A stretch of 64,000 bases of DNA, taken from assembly GCA_964503315.1 (NCBI GenBank), contig CAZCZL010000005.1, positions 5,335 to 69,334 on the forward strand. The letters are read 5' to 3'. The first letter of the stretch is position 1. The number at the start of each line of letters is the position of its first letter. Below are positions 18,243 through 27,711 of the stretch, in pieces. The translations under genes were made by a program, and so were the position numbers. Below the pieces are notes generated by a model. That model was not told the origin of the DNA, searched no databases, and saw nothing but the letters and a program-made list of their open reading frames with translations. This DNA is from an uncultured Ignavibacteriales bacterium (GTDB taxonomy: Bacteria > Zixibacteria > MSB-5A5 > GN15 > FEB-12).

Positions 18243-19862
18243 ATGGGTATCTATCGCGTCCCGCCGCCAAAGAACGAGCCGGTAATGAGTTACGCCCCCG
18301 GTTCGGCTGAACGTGAAGGAATCAAGAAGGCTCTCGCCGAGCTTAAAGCCAATCCGATCGAGATCCCGATGTATATCAACGGCCAGGAAGTTCGGGCCGG
18401 CAAAAAACTTGAGATCCGCTCGCCGCACAACCACAACCTCGTGCTCGGCCATTATTGGCAGGGTGGCGAGGAAGAAGTCAAGGCCGCGGTCGATGCCTCC
18501 ATGGAGGCCGCCAAAACCTGGGCGTATATGCCGTGGGAGCAGCGTGCGGCTATCTTTCTGAAAGCCGCTGAACTGATGGCCGGACCGTACCGGTACATCA
18601 TGAATGGCGCCGCGATGCTGGCGCACTCGAAGAATATCTTCCAGGCGGAGATCGACGCGGTCTGTGAGTTGGTCGATTTCTTCCGCTTCAATGCCCACTT
18701 CATGCAGCAGATCTATGATATCCAGCCGCTGTCATCGGTGGGTATCTGGGATCGGACGGATCATCGGCCGCTCGAAGGATTCATCTTCGCCGTGACGCCG
18801 TTTAATTTTGTTTCGATCAATGGCAATCTCCCGACCGCTCCCGCGATGATGGGGAATGTGGTGGTCTGGAAACCGGCGTCGACCGCAATATACACTTCGC
18901 ATTTCATCATGAAGATCCTACGCCAGTCAGGTCTACCGGATGGCGTGATCAATATGATCTTCGCGCGTGGCTCCGCCGTTGGCAACACGGTGCTGAAGAA
19001 CCCGAATCTCGCGGGGATACACTTCACCGGTTCGACCGGCGTGTTCCACAACATGTGGAAGACGGTGGGCGAGAATATCGCGACGTACAAAACCTATCCG
19101 CGTCTGGTCGGTGAGACCGGCGGCAAAGATTTTATCGTGGCGCATCCGTCAGCGAATCCGGCCGAGGTCGCGACCGCGATTGTGCGCGGTTCGTTTGAAT
19201 ATCAGGGGCAGAAATGCTCCGCGTCATCGCGCTGTTATCTCCCCAAATCACTCTGGCCGAAGATCAAGGAAGTGATGCTGAAACAGCTTGCTGAGATCAA
19301 GATGGGCGACCCGGAAGATTTCGGGAATTTCGTCAATGCCGTTATCGATGAATCCGCCTATGAGTCGATCAAGGAGTTCATTGATTTCGCCAAAGTTCAG
19401 AAGGATGCCGAGATCTTGCATGGCGGTGTCTGCGAAAAAAGCAAGGGGTGGTTCATTCAGCCGACTGTTGTGCTGACGACCAATCCGCATTTCCGACTGC
19501 TCGAGGAAGAGATCTTCGGGCCGGTAGTAACGCTCTATGTCTACGATGACGCCGAGTACGCGAAGACTCTGCATTTGGTAGACAGCACGTCGCCGTACGC
19601 GTTGACCGGCGCGGTGTTCGCGACCGACCGCAAGGCGGTTGAGCTTGCCGAGCGGACATTGCGTCATGCGGCCGGGAATTTCTATATCAACGACAAGCCG
19701 ACCGGCGCGGTGGTAGGACAGCAGCCGTTTGGCGGCGGTCGTGCGTCGGGAACGAATGACAAGGCGGGCGGAATCCAGAACATGTTGCGCTGGACCTCGC
19801 CGCGTTCGATCAAAGAGACGTTTGTCCCGCCGACGGATTATAAGTATCCGTTCCTCGGATAG
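18243..19862 (+). CDS. pruA: L-glutamate gamma-semialdehyde (1-pyrroline-5-carboxylate) dehydrogenase
   Basis: ALDH-fold motifs GETGGKDF and FEYQGQKCSASSR. The N-terminus VPPPKNEPVMSYAPGSAER is typical of ALDH4-type P5CDH. GGAG SD precedes ATG18243. Confidence 0.85.
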   Translation: MGIYRVPPPKNEPVMSYAPGSAEREGIKKALAELKANPIEIPMYINGQEVRAGKKLEIRSPHNHNLVLGHYWQGGEEEVKAAVDASMEAAKTWAYMPWEQRAAIFLKAAELMAGPYRYIMNGAAMLAHSKNIFQAEIDAVCELVDFFRFNAHFMQQIYDIQPLSSVGIWDRTDHRPLEGFIFAVTPFNFVSINGNLPTAPAMMGNVVVWKPASTAIYTSHFIMKILRQSGLPDGVINMIFARGSAVGNTVLKNPNLAGIHFTGSTGVFHNMWKTVGENIATYKTYPRLVGETGGKDFIVAHPSANPAEVATAIVRGSFEYQGQKCSASSRCYLPKSLWPKIKEVMLKQLAEIKMGDPEDFGNFVNAVIDESAYESIKEFIDFAKVQKDAEILHGGVCEKSKGWFIQPTVVLTTNPHFRLLEEEIFGPVVTLYVYDDAEYAKTLHLVDSTSPYALTGAVFATDRKAVELAERTLRHAAGNFYINDKPTGAVVGQQPFGGGRASGTNDKAGGIQNMLRWTSPRSIKETFVPPTDYKYPFLG

Positions 19863-20013
19863 CCAGACGTTGTCTGGACTGGTCCGCTTCGCGCTTGGCT
19901 ATGAGTGGCAATTGAGTATCCCACCATGAATGGTGGGGTACGAAATCAGTAGTCGATCGCGGAAGTAATACTTCCGTTCAGTCGAATTTGACGCGATGAA
20001 GGGAGACTGATTC

Positions 20014-20670
20014 ATGCGAAAGTTCACTGGCACCCTGATCCTGATCGTGACGGTTGTTGCCGCCTCGCTCTGGGCACAAGCACCCGACGTTGATTCGACC
20101 CAGCCAAAGCAGATTGGCAAGTACAGCGACCTTCTCGAACGACTGCAGGCCGCTGACATGACCATTGACTTCAGCGAACTTCGTCAGTCGTATATCCAAT
20201 CCGATGAGTACAAGCCGTACAGGGACGACATCCTTGAGAGCCAGACCAAGATGCAGAAGGCGCTGAAGAAGAGGAATTTCGCCGAAGCCCGGACCGCAGC
20301 GGAGTCGATCCTTAACAGTGATTATCTTAATCTCGAAGCACACATGGTTTGTGAGGTAACCTCAGATTCGCTTGGGGAAATCAGCCGCGCACATTTTCAT
20401 GGATGGGTTTGCGACGGCCTGCTTGACGCGATATTGGCCAGTGGCGATGGGCTGTCCCAGGCAACCGCATACCATGTGTTGACCGTAAGCGAGGAATACG
20501 TGGTACTCGATGTTCTAGGACTTCAGTCGCGGGGGCAATCGCTCGAGCATGCTGACGATGGAACGTCGTATGATATTTTCAAAGTCAAAGATAAGAACAG
20601 CGGCGAGAAACGCGAGGTCTATTTTAACATCACGCCAATGATGGCCGCGCTGGACAAGATGTTTGACTAA
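20014..20670 (+). CDS. secreted hypothetical protein (paralogue of 35477-36238)
   Basis: AAGGGAG SD. Signal peptide MRKFTGTLILIVTVVAASLWAQA. It shares a DFS..R....Q...Y.P ... A...A..L...Y...(E/D)AH pattern with the 253-aa protein at 35477-36238. Confidence 0.7.
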   Translation: MRKFTGTLILIVTVVAASLWAQAPDVDSTQPKQIGKYSDLLERLQAADMTIDFSELRQSYIQSDEYKPYRDDILESQTKMQKALKKRNFAEARTAAESILNSDYLNLEAHMVCEVTSDSLGEISRAHFHGWVCDGLLDAILASGDGLSQATAYHVLTVSEEYVVLDVLGLQSRGQSLEHADDGTSYDIFKVKDKNSGEKREVYFNITPMMAALDKMFD

Positions 20671-20809
20671 TCGGTATAGCGGGAAGAGTCTGCACAGGAT
20701 GGGCTCTTCCTGACAATAGCGGGAATGCAGAAATCGTAATCACGTCCAATCGGACGACACTATCCATTGGATCATTGTGATCTCCTATAGATTCTACCAA
20801 TATTGACCC

Positions 20810-21376
20810 ATGCTTCCTGAATTCTTCGCGATAATTGGTGCCATCATCGGCTCGCTCGGCGGGCTCTACTATCTATATGATACCATCACCGGCAGAGCCC
20901 AACCCAACCGTGTGACATGGCTGTTGTGGGGGATCTTTCCACTAATCATCTTTGTCGCGCAAAGGGCGCAAGGGATAGAGAGTATTTCCTGGACCTCGTT
21001 GGTTGCGGGGCTTGTGCCATTGCTCGTTGTCGCGGCGTCATTCTTCAACAAAAAGGCGTACTGGAAAAGCGCTCCGCGCGACTACTATCTGATGGCCGCG
21101 GCATTGATCGGTATCATTCTGTGGGCAATCACGGATAACCCGAACCTGGCTCTGTTGTTCTCGCTGGTGGCCGATATACTGGCGGCTATCCCGACACTCA
21201 TCAAGTCGATCAGTCATCCGCGATCAGAAAGTTGGATCGGATATAGTATCAGCGCGATCGGTTTTGGGATTAGTCTACTGTCGGTGCAGATCTTCGATTT
21301 CGAGAATGCGGCATTCGTAGCGTATGTGTTTGTCCTCAACGCGGCCTTTGCGGTGTTGGCATCACGGCGAAGGTAG
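20810..21376 (+). CDS. integral membrane protein, unknown function
   Basis: 188-aa ORF with about 6 hydrophobic segments. No recognisable motif. Confidence 0.6.
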   Translation: MLPEFFAIIGAIIGSLGGLYYLYDTITGRAQPNRVTWLLWGIFPLIIFVAQRAQGIESISWTSLVAGLVPLLVVAASFFNKKAYWKSAPRDYYLMAAALIGIILWAITDNPNLALLFSLVADILAAIPTLIKSISHPRSESWIGYSISAIGFGISLLSVQIFDFENAAFVAYVFVLNAAFAVLASRRR

Positions 21377-21471
21377 TTCGTTGTCAACATAGATGTCGGG
21401 TTTCGCTGTGTTTCTCCTTGAGAAGTTCTGATTTCTTTGAGAAGCCACTCAACCCGACCTACAGCTCAATT

Positions 21472-21566
21472 TCGGGCAGACGGGGACGTCTGCCGCGCAA
21501 ATGGTGGAGTTGCGGATAATCGGGCAGACGAGGACGTCTGCCGCGCACACTGCCGCGCAGATAGTG
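21472..21566. repeat. REP-like element family B: two 48-nt-spaced copies of TCGGGCAGACG(G/A)GGACGTCTGCCGCGCA
   Basis: Each copy forms a gcagacg-NNNN-cgtctgc 7-bp hairpin. A TGCCGCGCAGAT tail is shared with 9909-9946. Confidence 0.7.
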
Positions 21567-21574
21567 GCTGCCAC

Positions 21575-21602
21575 AAAAAAACGGCTCCCGAGAGGGAGCC
21601 GT
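21575..21602 (-). terminator. rho-independent terminator of the cytochrome c gene
   Basis: acggctccc-gaga-gggagccgt, a 9-bp stem. On the minus strand it is followed by a U-run (plus-strand aaaaaaa at 21575-21581). Confidence 0.8.
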
Positions 21603-21652
21603 TCTTACTATCGAACAATCATCGAATAGTCAAAGAATAATCATCGAAGTGC

Positions 21653-22150
21653 TTACTTCGCGGCGACCGGGTGAACCTGGGCTTTGGCCTTCTCGAAATC
21701 GAGCGGCTTAAAGTTGGTGTTACCTTCGGCCTTGTGGCATTTGGCGGTGCAGGTCTCGGCGGTCGGGACAACCAGACCAGCGGCGACCGCGGCCTTGCGA
21801 CCGGCTTCCTTATCCGTATAGGCCTTCTTGCTCATGATGGCCGGCTTCTTGTATTCAGAGCCCGGGCCGTGGCAAGCTTCGCAGCCAACCGAGGTGATCA
21901 TGGTGCCATCAGCCATCGCACCGGTCTGGTGGCAGCCAGCGCACTCGGGTTTGGCCTGTTCTTCGGGTTTCAGCAAATCCCAGGCCTTGGCATGACCGGT
22001 GGTCAGCCATGAATCATACTGGGCTTTGTGGCACATCTTGCATCCCTTTTCCGAACCGACATAGGTCGGTTTGGCCTGAGCGATAACAATGGCAGTCACC
22101 AGCATACCCATGGCGACTACGATCGCGATCAGGACAATCAGCTTTCTCAT
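21653..22150 (-). CDS. membrane-anchored/periplasmic tetrahaem c-type cytochrome
   Basis: Haem motifs CKMCH, CAGCH and CEACH, plus CTAKCH (CX3CH). Start chosen at ATG22150 (AGGAGG SD; signal anchor MRKLIVLIAIVVAMGMLVTAIVIAQA). Confidence 0.85.
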   Translation of the reverse strand: MRKLIVLIAIVVAMGMLVTAIVIAQAKPTYVGSEKGCKMCHKAQYDSWLTTGHAKAWDLLKPEEQAKPECAGCHQTGAMADGTMITSVGCEACHGPGSEYKKPAIMSKKAYTDKEAGRKAAVAAGLVVPTAETCTAKCHKAEGNTNFKPLDFEKAKAQVHPVAAK

Positions 22151-22388
22151 TACGATACCTCCTAATAGGACAAATTTGGTTGTCTCTATCTTTTCTTTTA
22201 TACGTTCCTTCAGCCTTTTTCGTCCCAATAATCGCCCGAATTATCGACGAAAACGCTGGTAAAAAGGATATTGCGAGTCGCCATAGATGTCAAGCTAATT
22301 GCATGTACCAGAGGGGAAAATCGGCCTGGGCGGCGACAAAAAACCTTGCGAACCGGAGGCTGAAGCCGTACGTTCTAGTGATATATTT

Positions 22389-23600
22389 ATGAAGATTCTG
22401 ATAGTCACCCAGCATTTCCCCCCGGAGAGAGGCGCTGTACGGCGTCTTTTTGAGTTTGCGCGCCATTTCGCAAGCCAGGGGCATGATGTCTCTGTGATGA
22501 CTGCCATCCCGAACTATCCGGATGGGATCGTCCCCCCGAAGTACCGCGGCTCTTTCTTCTATATCGAAGAGATGGAAGGAGTTAAGGTTTACCGGAACTG
22601 GGTTTTGGCGGCCTCCAACCGCTATCCCGGGAAGCGGATGGTCGGGTTCATTATCTTCCTGCTTACCTCGCTCATCAATTCGTTTCGGATAAAGACCAAG
22701 TTCGATGTCATCCTGGCATCAACTCCGCCGGTGACCACGCCATTGATCGGCTGGCTGCTCAGCAAACTTCGCCGCACCAAACTGATCATCGAGATCCGCG
22801 ACCTTCAGCCAGAATCGGCCGAGGATTTCGGGAATCTCAATCGGTCGCTGTTCACGCGTGCGCTGAAGAGATTGATGCACTGGCTGTACCGTCGTGCCGA
22901 TCTGGTCGTGCCGGTGACCAGCGGGATGCGCGACTATCTGCTCGAGATCGGGCTCAAACCTGAACGAGTGGTCACGGTCAAATCCGGGTTCAGCTCTGAG
23001 TTTGTGGAGGCCGGCTATAACGGCGTCCGAAAGAAATTCGGCTGGGAAGAGAAGTTTTTGGTGCTCTATGCCGGCACGCTCGGCTGGGCGCATTCGCTTG
23101 AGACGGTTATCGAGGCTGCGCGTCAATTGACAGATCAGCCGGATATCTGTTTTGTTTTTGTCGGCGATGGCCAGAAGCGTGAGGCGCTTGAGGGGATGGT
23201 CCGCGACTACGGTCTCAAGAATGTCGTTTTTGTCGGCTCGCAGCCGCTCGAGGTGATTCCGTATTTTCTCAAGACCAGCAATGTGCTGGTGCACAGCCTG
23301 AAGGATGTTCCGGTGACCCGAAGCGGCGTACCATCGAAGCTATACGAGTATATGGCCTCCGGGCGCCCGATCGTATTCGGCTCGCACGATGGCGAGGCGA
23401 TCAACGAGCTGGAGAAGGCCGGTGGCGCGCTGGCGTTTCCGCCGGATAATCCGGAAAAGCTCTGTGATCTGATCATGGCGCTGAAAGACGGAAAGATCGA
23501 TGGCGAGCAGCTTGGCTCGAAATATCTGGAATACGCGCGCGATCACCATGCGCGCGAGCTCTGGGCGACCAAATATCTCGAAGCGATCCACAAGATCTGA
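22389..23600 (+). CDS. family 4 glycosyltransferase (WcaI/WbuB-like)
   Basis: MKILIVTQHFPPERGA N-terminus. The C-terminal GT1-domain pattern PSKLYEYMASGRPIV fits the E-x7-E region. Start at ATG22389. Confidence 0.8.
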   Translation: MKILIVTQHFPPERGAVRRLFEFARHFASQGHDVSVMTAIPNYPDGIVPPKYRGSFFYIEEMEGVKVYRNWVLAASNRYPGKRMVGFIIFLLTSLINSFRIKTKFDVILASTPPVTTPLIGWLLSKLRRTKLIIEIRDLQPESAEDFGNLNRSLFTRALKRLMHWLYRRADLVVPVTSGMRDYLLEIGLKPERVVTVKSGFSSEFVEAGYNGVRKKFGWEEKFLVLYAGTLGWAHSLETVIEAARQLTDQPDICFVFVGDGQKREALEGMVRDYGLKNVVFVGSQPLEVIPYFLKTSNVLVHSLKDVPVTRSGVPSKLYEYMASGRPIVFGSHDGEAINELEKAGGALAFPPDNPEKLCDLIMALKDGKIDGEQLGSKYLEYARDHHARELWATKYLEAIHKI

Positions 23601-23679
23601 CCGTTCAAAATATCCGTTTTCTCCTGTCACTCCTGCCGGTATATTGGCGCACTAACCACTGTTGTGAGACGAGGTATCT

Positions 23680-25107
23680 ATGTGTAGTCAGCCCGGGACC
23701 GTCACCGCCCGCGAAAAACTTGATATCGCCGACCTTCCGTCGCTCCTGATCGGTGTCGACACGGTCGTCCCGACACTCCATGGCCCGAAGCGCTATATCA
23801 ATTTCGACAATGCTGCCTCTACCCCGACTTTCCAGCCGATCGCCGAGTCAGTCACCTCATTTCTCAAGTGGTATTCCAATGTTCATCGTGGCACCGGCTT
23901 CAAATCACAGCTTTCGAGCTGGATGTATGAGACCTCGCGCGACCTGGTCGCGGATTTCGTGAAGGTCGATCTGGCGACACACGTTGTTATCTTCACAAAA
24001 AACACGACTGAGGCGATCAACAAGCTGGCAAACCGTTTTCCGCTCGACTACGATGATGTCGTCCTGACCACGCTGATGGAGCATCACTCGAATGAACTCC
24101 CCTGGCGGCGTGTCGCGCAGGTGGAACATGTCGGGTTGAACCCAGACGGGACGATCAACAAAGAGCATTTCGTAATGCTGTTGAAGAAGTTTGGCGGCAA
24201 AGTGAAGCTGGTGGCGATCACCGGCGCGTCGAATGTCACCGGCTACATCAATGATATCGAGTTCTTCGCGCAGGAAGCGCACAAGCATGGCGCGAAGATC
24301 CTGGTCGATGGCGCGCAGTTGGTGCCGCACCGCCCGGTCAATATGCGCTCGGGTGATTCGCCGATGCATATCGACTATCTCGTGTTTTCCGGCCACAAGA
24401 TCTACGCGCCGTTCGGCGTGGGAGTGCTGGTGGTCGACAAAGAGACCTTCGAGCAGGGTGAGCCGGATTCCGTGGGCGGCGGCGTCGTTGATATCGTCAC
24501 ACTCGAAGAAGCCTATTGGACGGATCTGCCGGACAAAGAAGAAGCCGGCACACCGGATATCATCGGCGTCGTGGCGCTTGGTAAAGCGATCAAGATGTTT
24601 GAAGCGATTGGCTGGGAGGCGATCATTGAGCATGAAGCCGACCTGACCGCGTACGCCCTATCGCAACTTCGCGAGATCAAAGGGGTCACCCTCTATGGCG
24701 ATACCGATCCGTCGAGCGCGGCGAATCGGCTGGGGGTGATTTCGCTCAATATCGGAGACCTTCCGCACTCTCTGGCGGCCGCAATTCTCAGTTACGAAGG
24801 GGCTATCGGCGTCCGCTCCGGATGTTTCTGCGCGCATACCTATGTCAAATCACTCCTGCGGGTTTCGGATGAGAATTCAAAGCTGCTCGAGCAGCAGATA
24901 TTGTCACGTGACCGTTCGCAGATCCCGGGCGCGATACGGATGTCGTTTGGCCTGTATAACACGCGCGCTGAAGTGGATGAATTTGTGCGGATGGTCAAGA
25001 AGATTGTCGCCGGTGATCATTTCAAAGGGTATATCCTGGACAAAGAGTCCGGCGAATGGACCCCGCCGCAGTTTAAACTCCAGTTTGAAGAGTATTTCAA
25101 GCTGTAA
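23680..25107 (+). CDS. class V aminotransferase-fold PLP enzyme, SufS/CsdA-like cysteine desulfurase family
   Basis: TLMEHHSNELPW (compare SufS MEHHANivPW). PLP-lysine context FSGHKIYAPFGVG. Candidate active-site Cys in VRSGCFCAHTY. Confidence 0.7.
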   Translation: MCSQPGTVTAREKLDIADLPSLLIGVDTVVPTLHGPKRYINFDNAASTPTFQPIAESVTSFLKWYSNVHRGTGFKSQLSSWMYETSRDLVADFVKVDLATHVVIFTKNTTEAINKLANRFPLDYDDVVLTTLMEHHSNELPWRRVAQVEHVGLNPDGTINKEHFVMLLKKFGGKVKLVAITGASNVTGYINDIEFFAQEAHKHGAKILVDGAQLVPHRPVNMRSGDSPMHIDYLVFSGHKIYAPFGVGVLVVDKETFEQGEPDSVGGGVVDIVTLEEAYWTDLPDKEEAGTPDIIGVVALGKAIKMFEAIGWEAIIEHEADLTAYALSQLREIKGVTLYGDTDPSSAANRLGVISLNIGDLPHSLAAAILSYEGAIGVRSGCFCAHTYVKSLLRVSDENSKLLEQQILSRDRSQIPGAIRMSFGLYNTRAEVDEFVRMVKKIVAGDHFKGYILDKESGEWTPPQFKLQFEEYFKL

Positions 25108-25113
25108 TCACGC

Positions 25114-26190
25114 ATGAATATTCTCACTGTCGTCGGGGCGCGGCCGCAATTCATCAAAGCGGCGGCAGTCAGCCGGGAGATTGCCAACATCCCGGCGCTC
25201 TCCGAAAGAATCATTCATACCGGCCAGCATTTCGATGACAACATGTCGGAAGTTTTCTTCCGCGACATGCAGATCCCCGCGCCGGCTTACAATCTCAATA
25301 TCAATTCCCTCTCGCATGGCGCCATGACCGGCCAGATGTTAGTGAAGCTTGAAGAGATATTTCTCGCCGAGAAGCCCGATATGGTGCTGGTTTATGGTGA
25401 CACCAATTCGACACTCGCGGGCGCTTTGGCCGCGGTGAAACTGCATATACCGGTCGGCCATGTGGAGGCGGGATTGCGGTCTTTCCGGATGACGATGCCA
25501 GAGGAGATAAATCGGGTGATGACCGACCGGGTAGCCTCGCTTCTTTTTTGCCCCACTGATACGGCGATGGCGAATTTGAAGGCTGAGGGAGTCGAGCGGT
25601 CGGGAGCGCGGATAGTCAAGTGCGGCGATGTTATGTACGACTGCGCGTTGTACTACGGAAAGATCGCCGAAGAGAAGTCGACCATTCTCGAATGTCTCAA
25701 GCATGAACAGTTTGCGCTCTGCACGGTTCATCGGGCGGAGAACACGGATGATCCCAAAAACCTGCGCGCGATATTTGAGGGGCTGGAACAGATAAACAGC
25801 GAGTGCCCGGTGGTCCTGCCGATCCATCCGCGAACTCGGAAGATAGTCGAATCACTTGGTCTCAAGACCAACGTTACACTGCTCGAGCCGGTCAGCTATT
25901 TTGACATGCTGCGATTGCTGAGGAAGTGTGAGTTAGTATTGACAGATTCCGGCGGATTGCAGAAAGAGGCGTATTTCTTCGGCAAACCGTGTGTGACCTT
26001 GCGCGACGAAACCGAGTGGGTGGAGCTGGTGGAGGTGGGCGCGAACCGGGTGACGGGCGCGGATGCGCCGAAGATCGTCGCGGCGTTTCGGGAGATGCGT
26101 GGCAAGTCGGTTATCGCTGATCGTCGGCTGTACGGGGATGGGAACGCGGCGAGAAAGATAGCGGAAGAGCTGGCCAGTCTGAACTCCTGA
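25114..26190 (+). CDS. wecB: UDP-N-acetylglucosamine 2-epimerase (non-hydrolysing)
   Basis: MNILTVVGARPQFIKAAAV, IHTGQHFD, VYGDTNSTLAGALAA, HVEAGLRS, DSGGLQKEA. Confidence 0.9.
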   Translation: MNILTVVGARPQFIKAAAVSREIANIPALSERIIHTGQHFDDNMSEVFFRDMQIPAPAYNLNINSLSHGAMTGQMLVKLEEIFLAEKPDMVLVYGDTNSTLAGALAAVKLHIPVGHVEAGLRSFRMTMPEEINRVMTDRVASLLFCPTDTAMANLKAEGVERSGARIVKCGDVMYDCALYYGKIAEEKSTILECLKHEQFALCTVHRAENTDDPKNLRAIFEGLEQINSECPVVLPIHPRTRKIVESLGLKTNVTLLEPVSYFDMLRLLRKCELVLTDSGGLQKEAYFFGKPCVTLRDETEWVELVEVGANRVTGADAPKIVAAFREMRGKSVIADRRLYGDGNAARKIAEELASLNS

Positions 26191-26313
26191 CTGCAGCACA
26201 CGGTGATATTTTTCACTTTTGTCTGAATATTCAAATTTATACATAGTAGTAGTCATACAACCGGCCTGGCCGGGAAAACCTGATAGAAACAGCTATCGAT
26301 ACAAGGAGAACCC

Positions 26314-26946
26314 ATGAAGGTTTTCGCGATTATTCTCATCGTTCTGGTCCTGCTGGTGGTTATCCTCGGCGGGTGGATCTGGTCGGCTCGTGGCGGCCTG
26401 ATCGAAAGAAATATGGGTGTCGACCAACAGTGGGCTCAGGTGCAGAATGTGTATCAGCGCCGGTTCGACCTGATCCCGAACCTGGTAGCGTCGGTTGATA
26501 ACTTCATGCAACGTCAGCAGCAGACGTTGACCGAAGTGATCGCGATGCGTCAGCGAGTGATCGACCTGAAAGCTCAGGCGGATAACGCACTTGGTCAGCA
26601 AAATCCGGCATTGCTTGACTCTATCGCCGGACAACTCTCCCGCCAGTTGAATTCATTCATCAACGTGGTGGTTGAGCAGTATCCGGAGATCAAAGGTGAC
26701 CAGAATTACGCTGACCTGATGGCGGCAATCGAGGGTTCGGAGAATCGTATCGCGCAGGAACGGAAAGCATACAACGATGTCGTGCGTGAGTACAATGTCT
26801 ATCGCCAGAAGGGGGTCGGCCCGCTTATCGCCGGAGCGATCTTTGGTTTTCCATACGAGCGGACCTTTTTCGCGGCACAGGCGGAAGCGCAGACCGCGCC
26901 GAGCGTGCGCGACGCGTTCAACCAGGGTCAACCGAGCGGCAACTAA
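26314..26946 (+). CDS. lemA: LemA family membrane protein
   Basis: AAGGAG SD. N-terminal TM segment, then WAQVQNVYQRRFDLIPNLV and YPEIKGDQNYADL motifs. Confidence 0.85.
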   Translation: MKVFAIILIVLVLLVVILGGWIWSARGGLIERNMGVDQQWAQVQNVYQRRFDLIPNLVASVDNFMQRQQQTLTEVIAMRQRVIDLKAQADNALGQQNPALLDSIAGQLSRQLNSFINVVVEQYPEIKGDQNYADLMAAIEGSENRIAQERKAYNDVVREYNVYRQKGVGPLIAGAIFGFPYERTFFAAQAEAQTAPSVRDAFNQGQPSGN

Positions 26947-26959
26947 CGAGTAGCGACCT

Positions 26960-27700
26960 GTGAAGCGACTGTTTCTTCTCGCTGGTTTATTCTCCCTTCT
27001 GTTGACTGTCTCAGTCGCGGCTAAGGAGACCATCAAATACGACGGTCCGGTCACTGATCTGGCCGGACTGCTCTCGAAGTCTGAAGAACAGACGCTTGAG
27101 CAGAAGATCATCGGTTATCGCGATGGCTCGACCAACGAGATCGGCGTGCTGATCGTGCAGTCGCTCGATGGCAAGGCGATCGAAGATTTCTCCTACGATG
27201 TCTACAAGTCATGGGGGATCGGCGTCAAAGGGAAAGATAACGGCGTTCTGCTCGTTATCGCGCTGGATGAACGTCGCACACGTATCGAAGTCGGCTACGG
27301 ACTCGAGGGAGATCTGACTGATATTGAGTCCTCACGGCTTATCCGCAAGGACGCGCCGATGTCCGACCTGTTCCGACAGGGGAAATTCGCCGACGGGATA
27401 AACGCGGGGATCGATGGGATCATCCAGGCGATAGGCGGCGAGTATAATCCGCCGAAGAAAAAGAAGAGCAAGAAGGATATTCCATTTCCGATAATCGGTC
27501 TGGCGATCTTCATGCTCCTTTTTGTGTTGCCTGCCATCAAGCGAAGCGCACGCGGTTCCAACTGGACCATGGGTGGGCCGTTCGGCGGATTTGGTGGTGG
27601 AATGGGTGGAGGACGCGGCTTTGGCGGTGGGGGCGGCGGCGGTGGATTCAGTTTTGGCGGTGGATCATCCGGCGGCGGCGGCGCGTCGGGTGGATGGTAA
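26960..27700 (+). CDS. TPM-domain protein (YgcG-like) with TM segment and Gly-rich tail
   Basis: GTG start. Signal peptide. VTDLAGLLS..E, NGVLLVIALDERRTRIEVGYGLEGDLTD. C-terminal GGGMGGGRGFGGGGGGGGFSFGGGSSGGGGASGGW. Confidence 0.8.
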   Translation: MKRLFLLAGLFSLLLTVSVAAKETIKYDGPVTDLAGLLSKSEEQTLEQKIIGYRDGSTNEIGVLIVQSLDGKAIEDFSYDVYKSWGIGVKGKDNGVLLVIALDERRTRIEVGYGLEGDLTDIESSRLIRKDAPMSDLFRQGKFADGINAGIDGIIQAIGGEYNPPKKKKSKKDIPFPIIGLAIFMLLFVLPAIKRSARGSNWTMGGPFGGFGGGMGGGRGFGGGGGGGGFSFGGGSSGGGGASGGW

Positions 27701-27711
27701 GGTGAAGTAAG

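Noticed and set aside
21472-21566. Possible CRISPR array, because of the direct repeats with a 48-nt period.
   Set aside because: There are only two repeat units, the repeats are themselves hairpins shared with a second locus (9869-9946), and there is no cas gene or leader. They are better described as REP-like elements.
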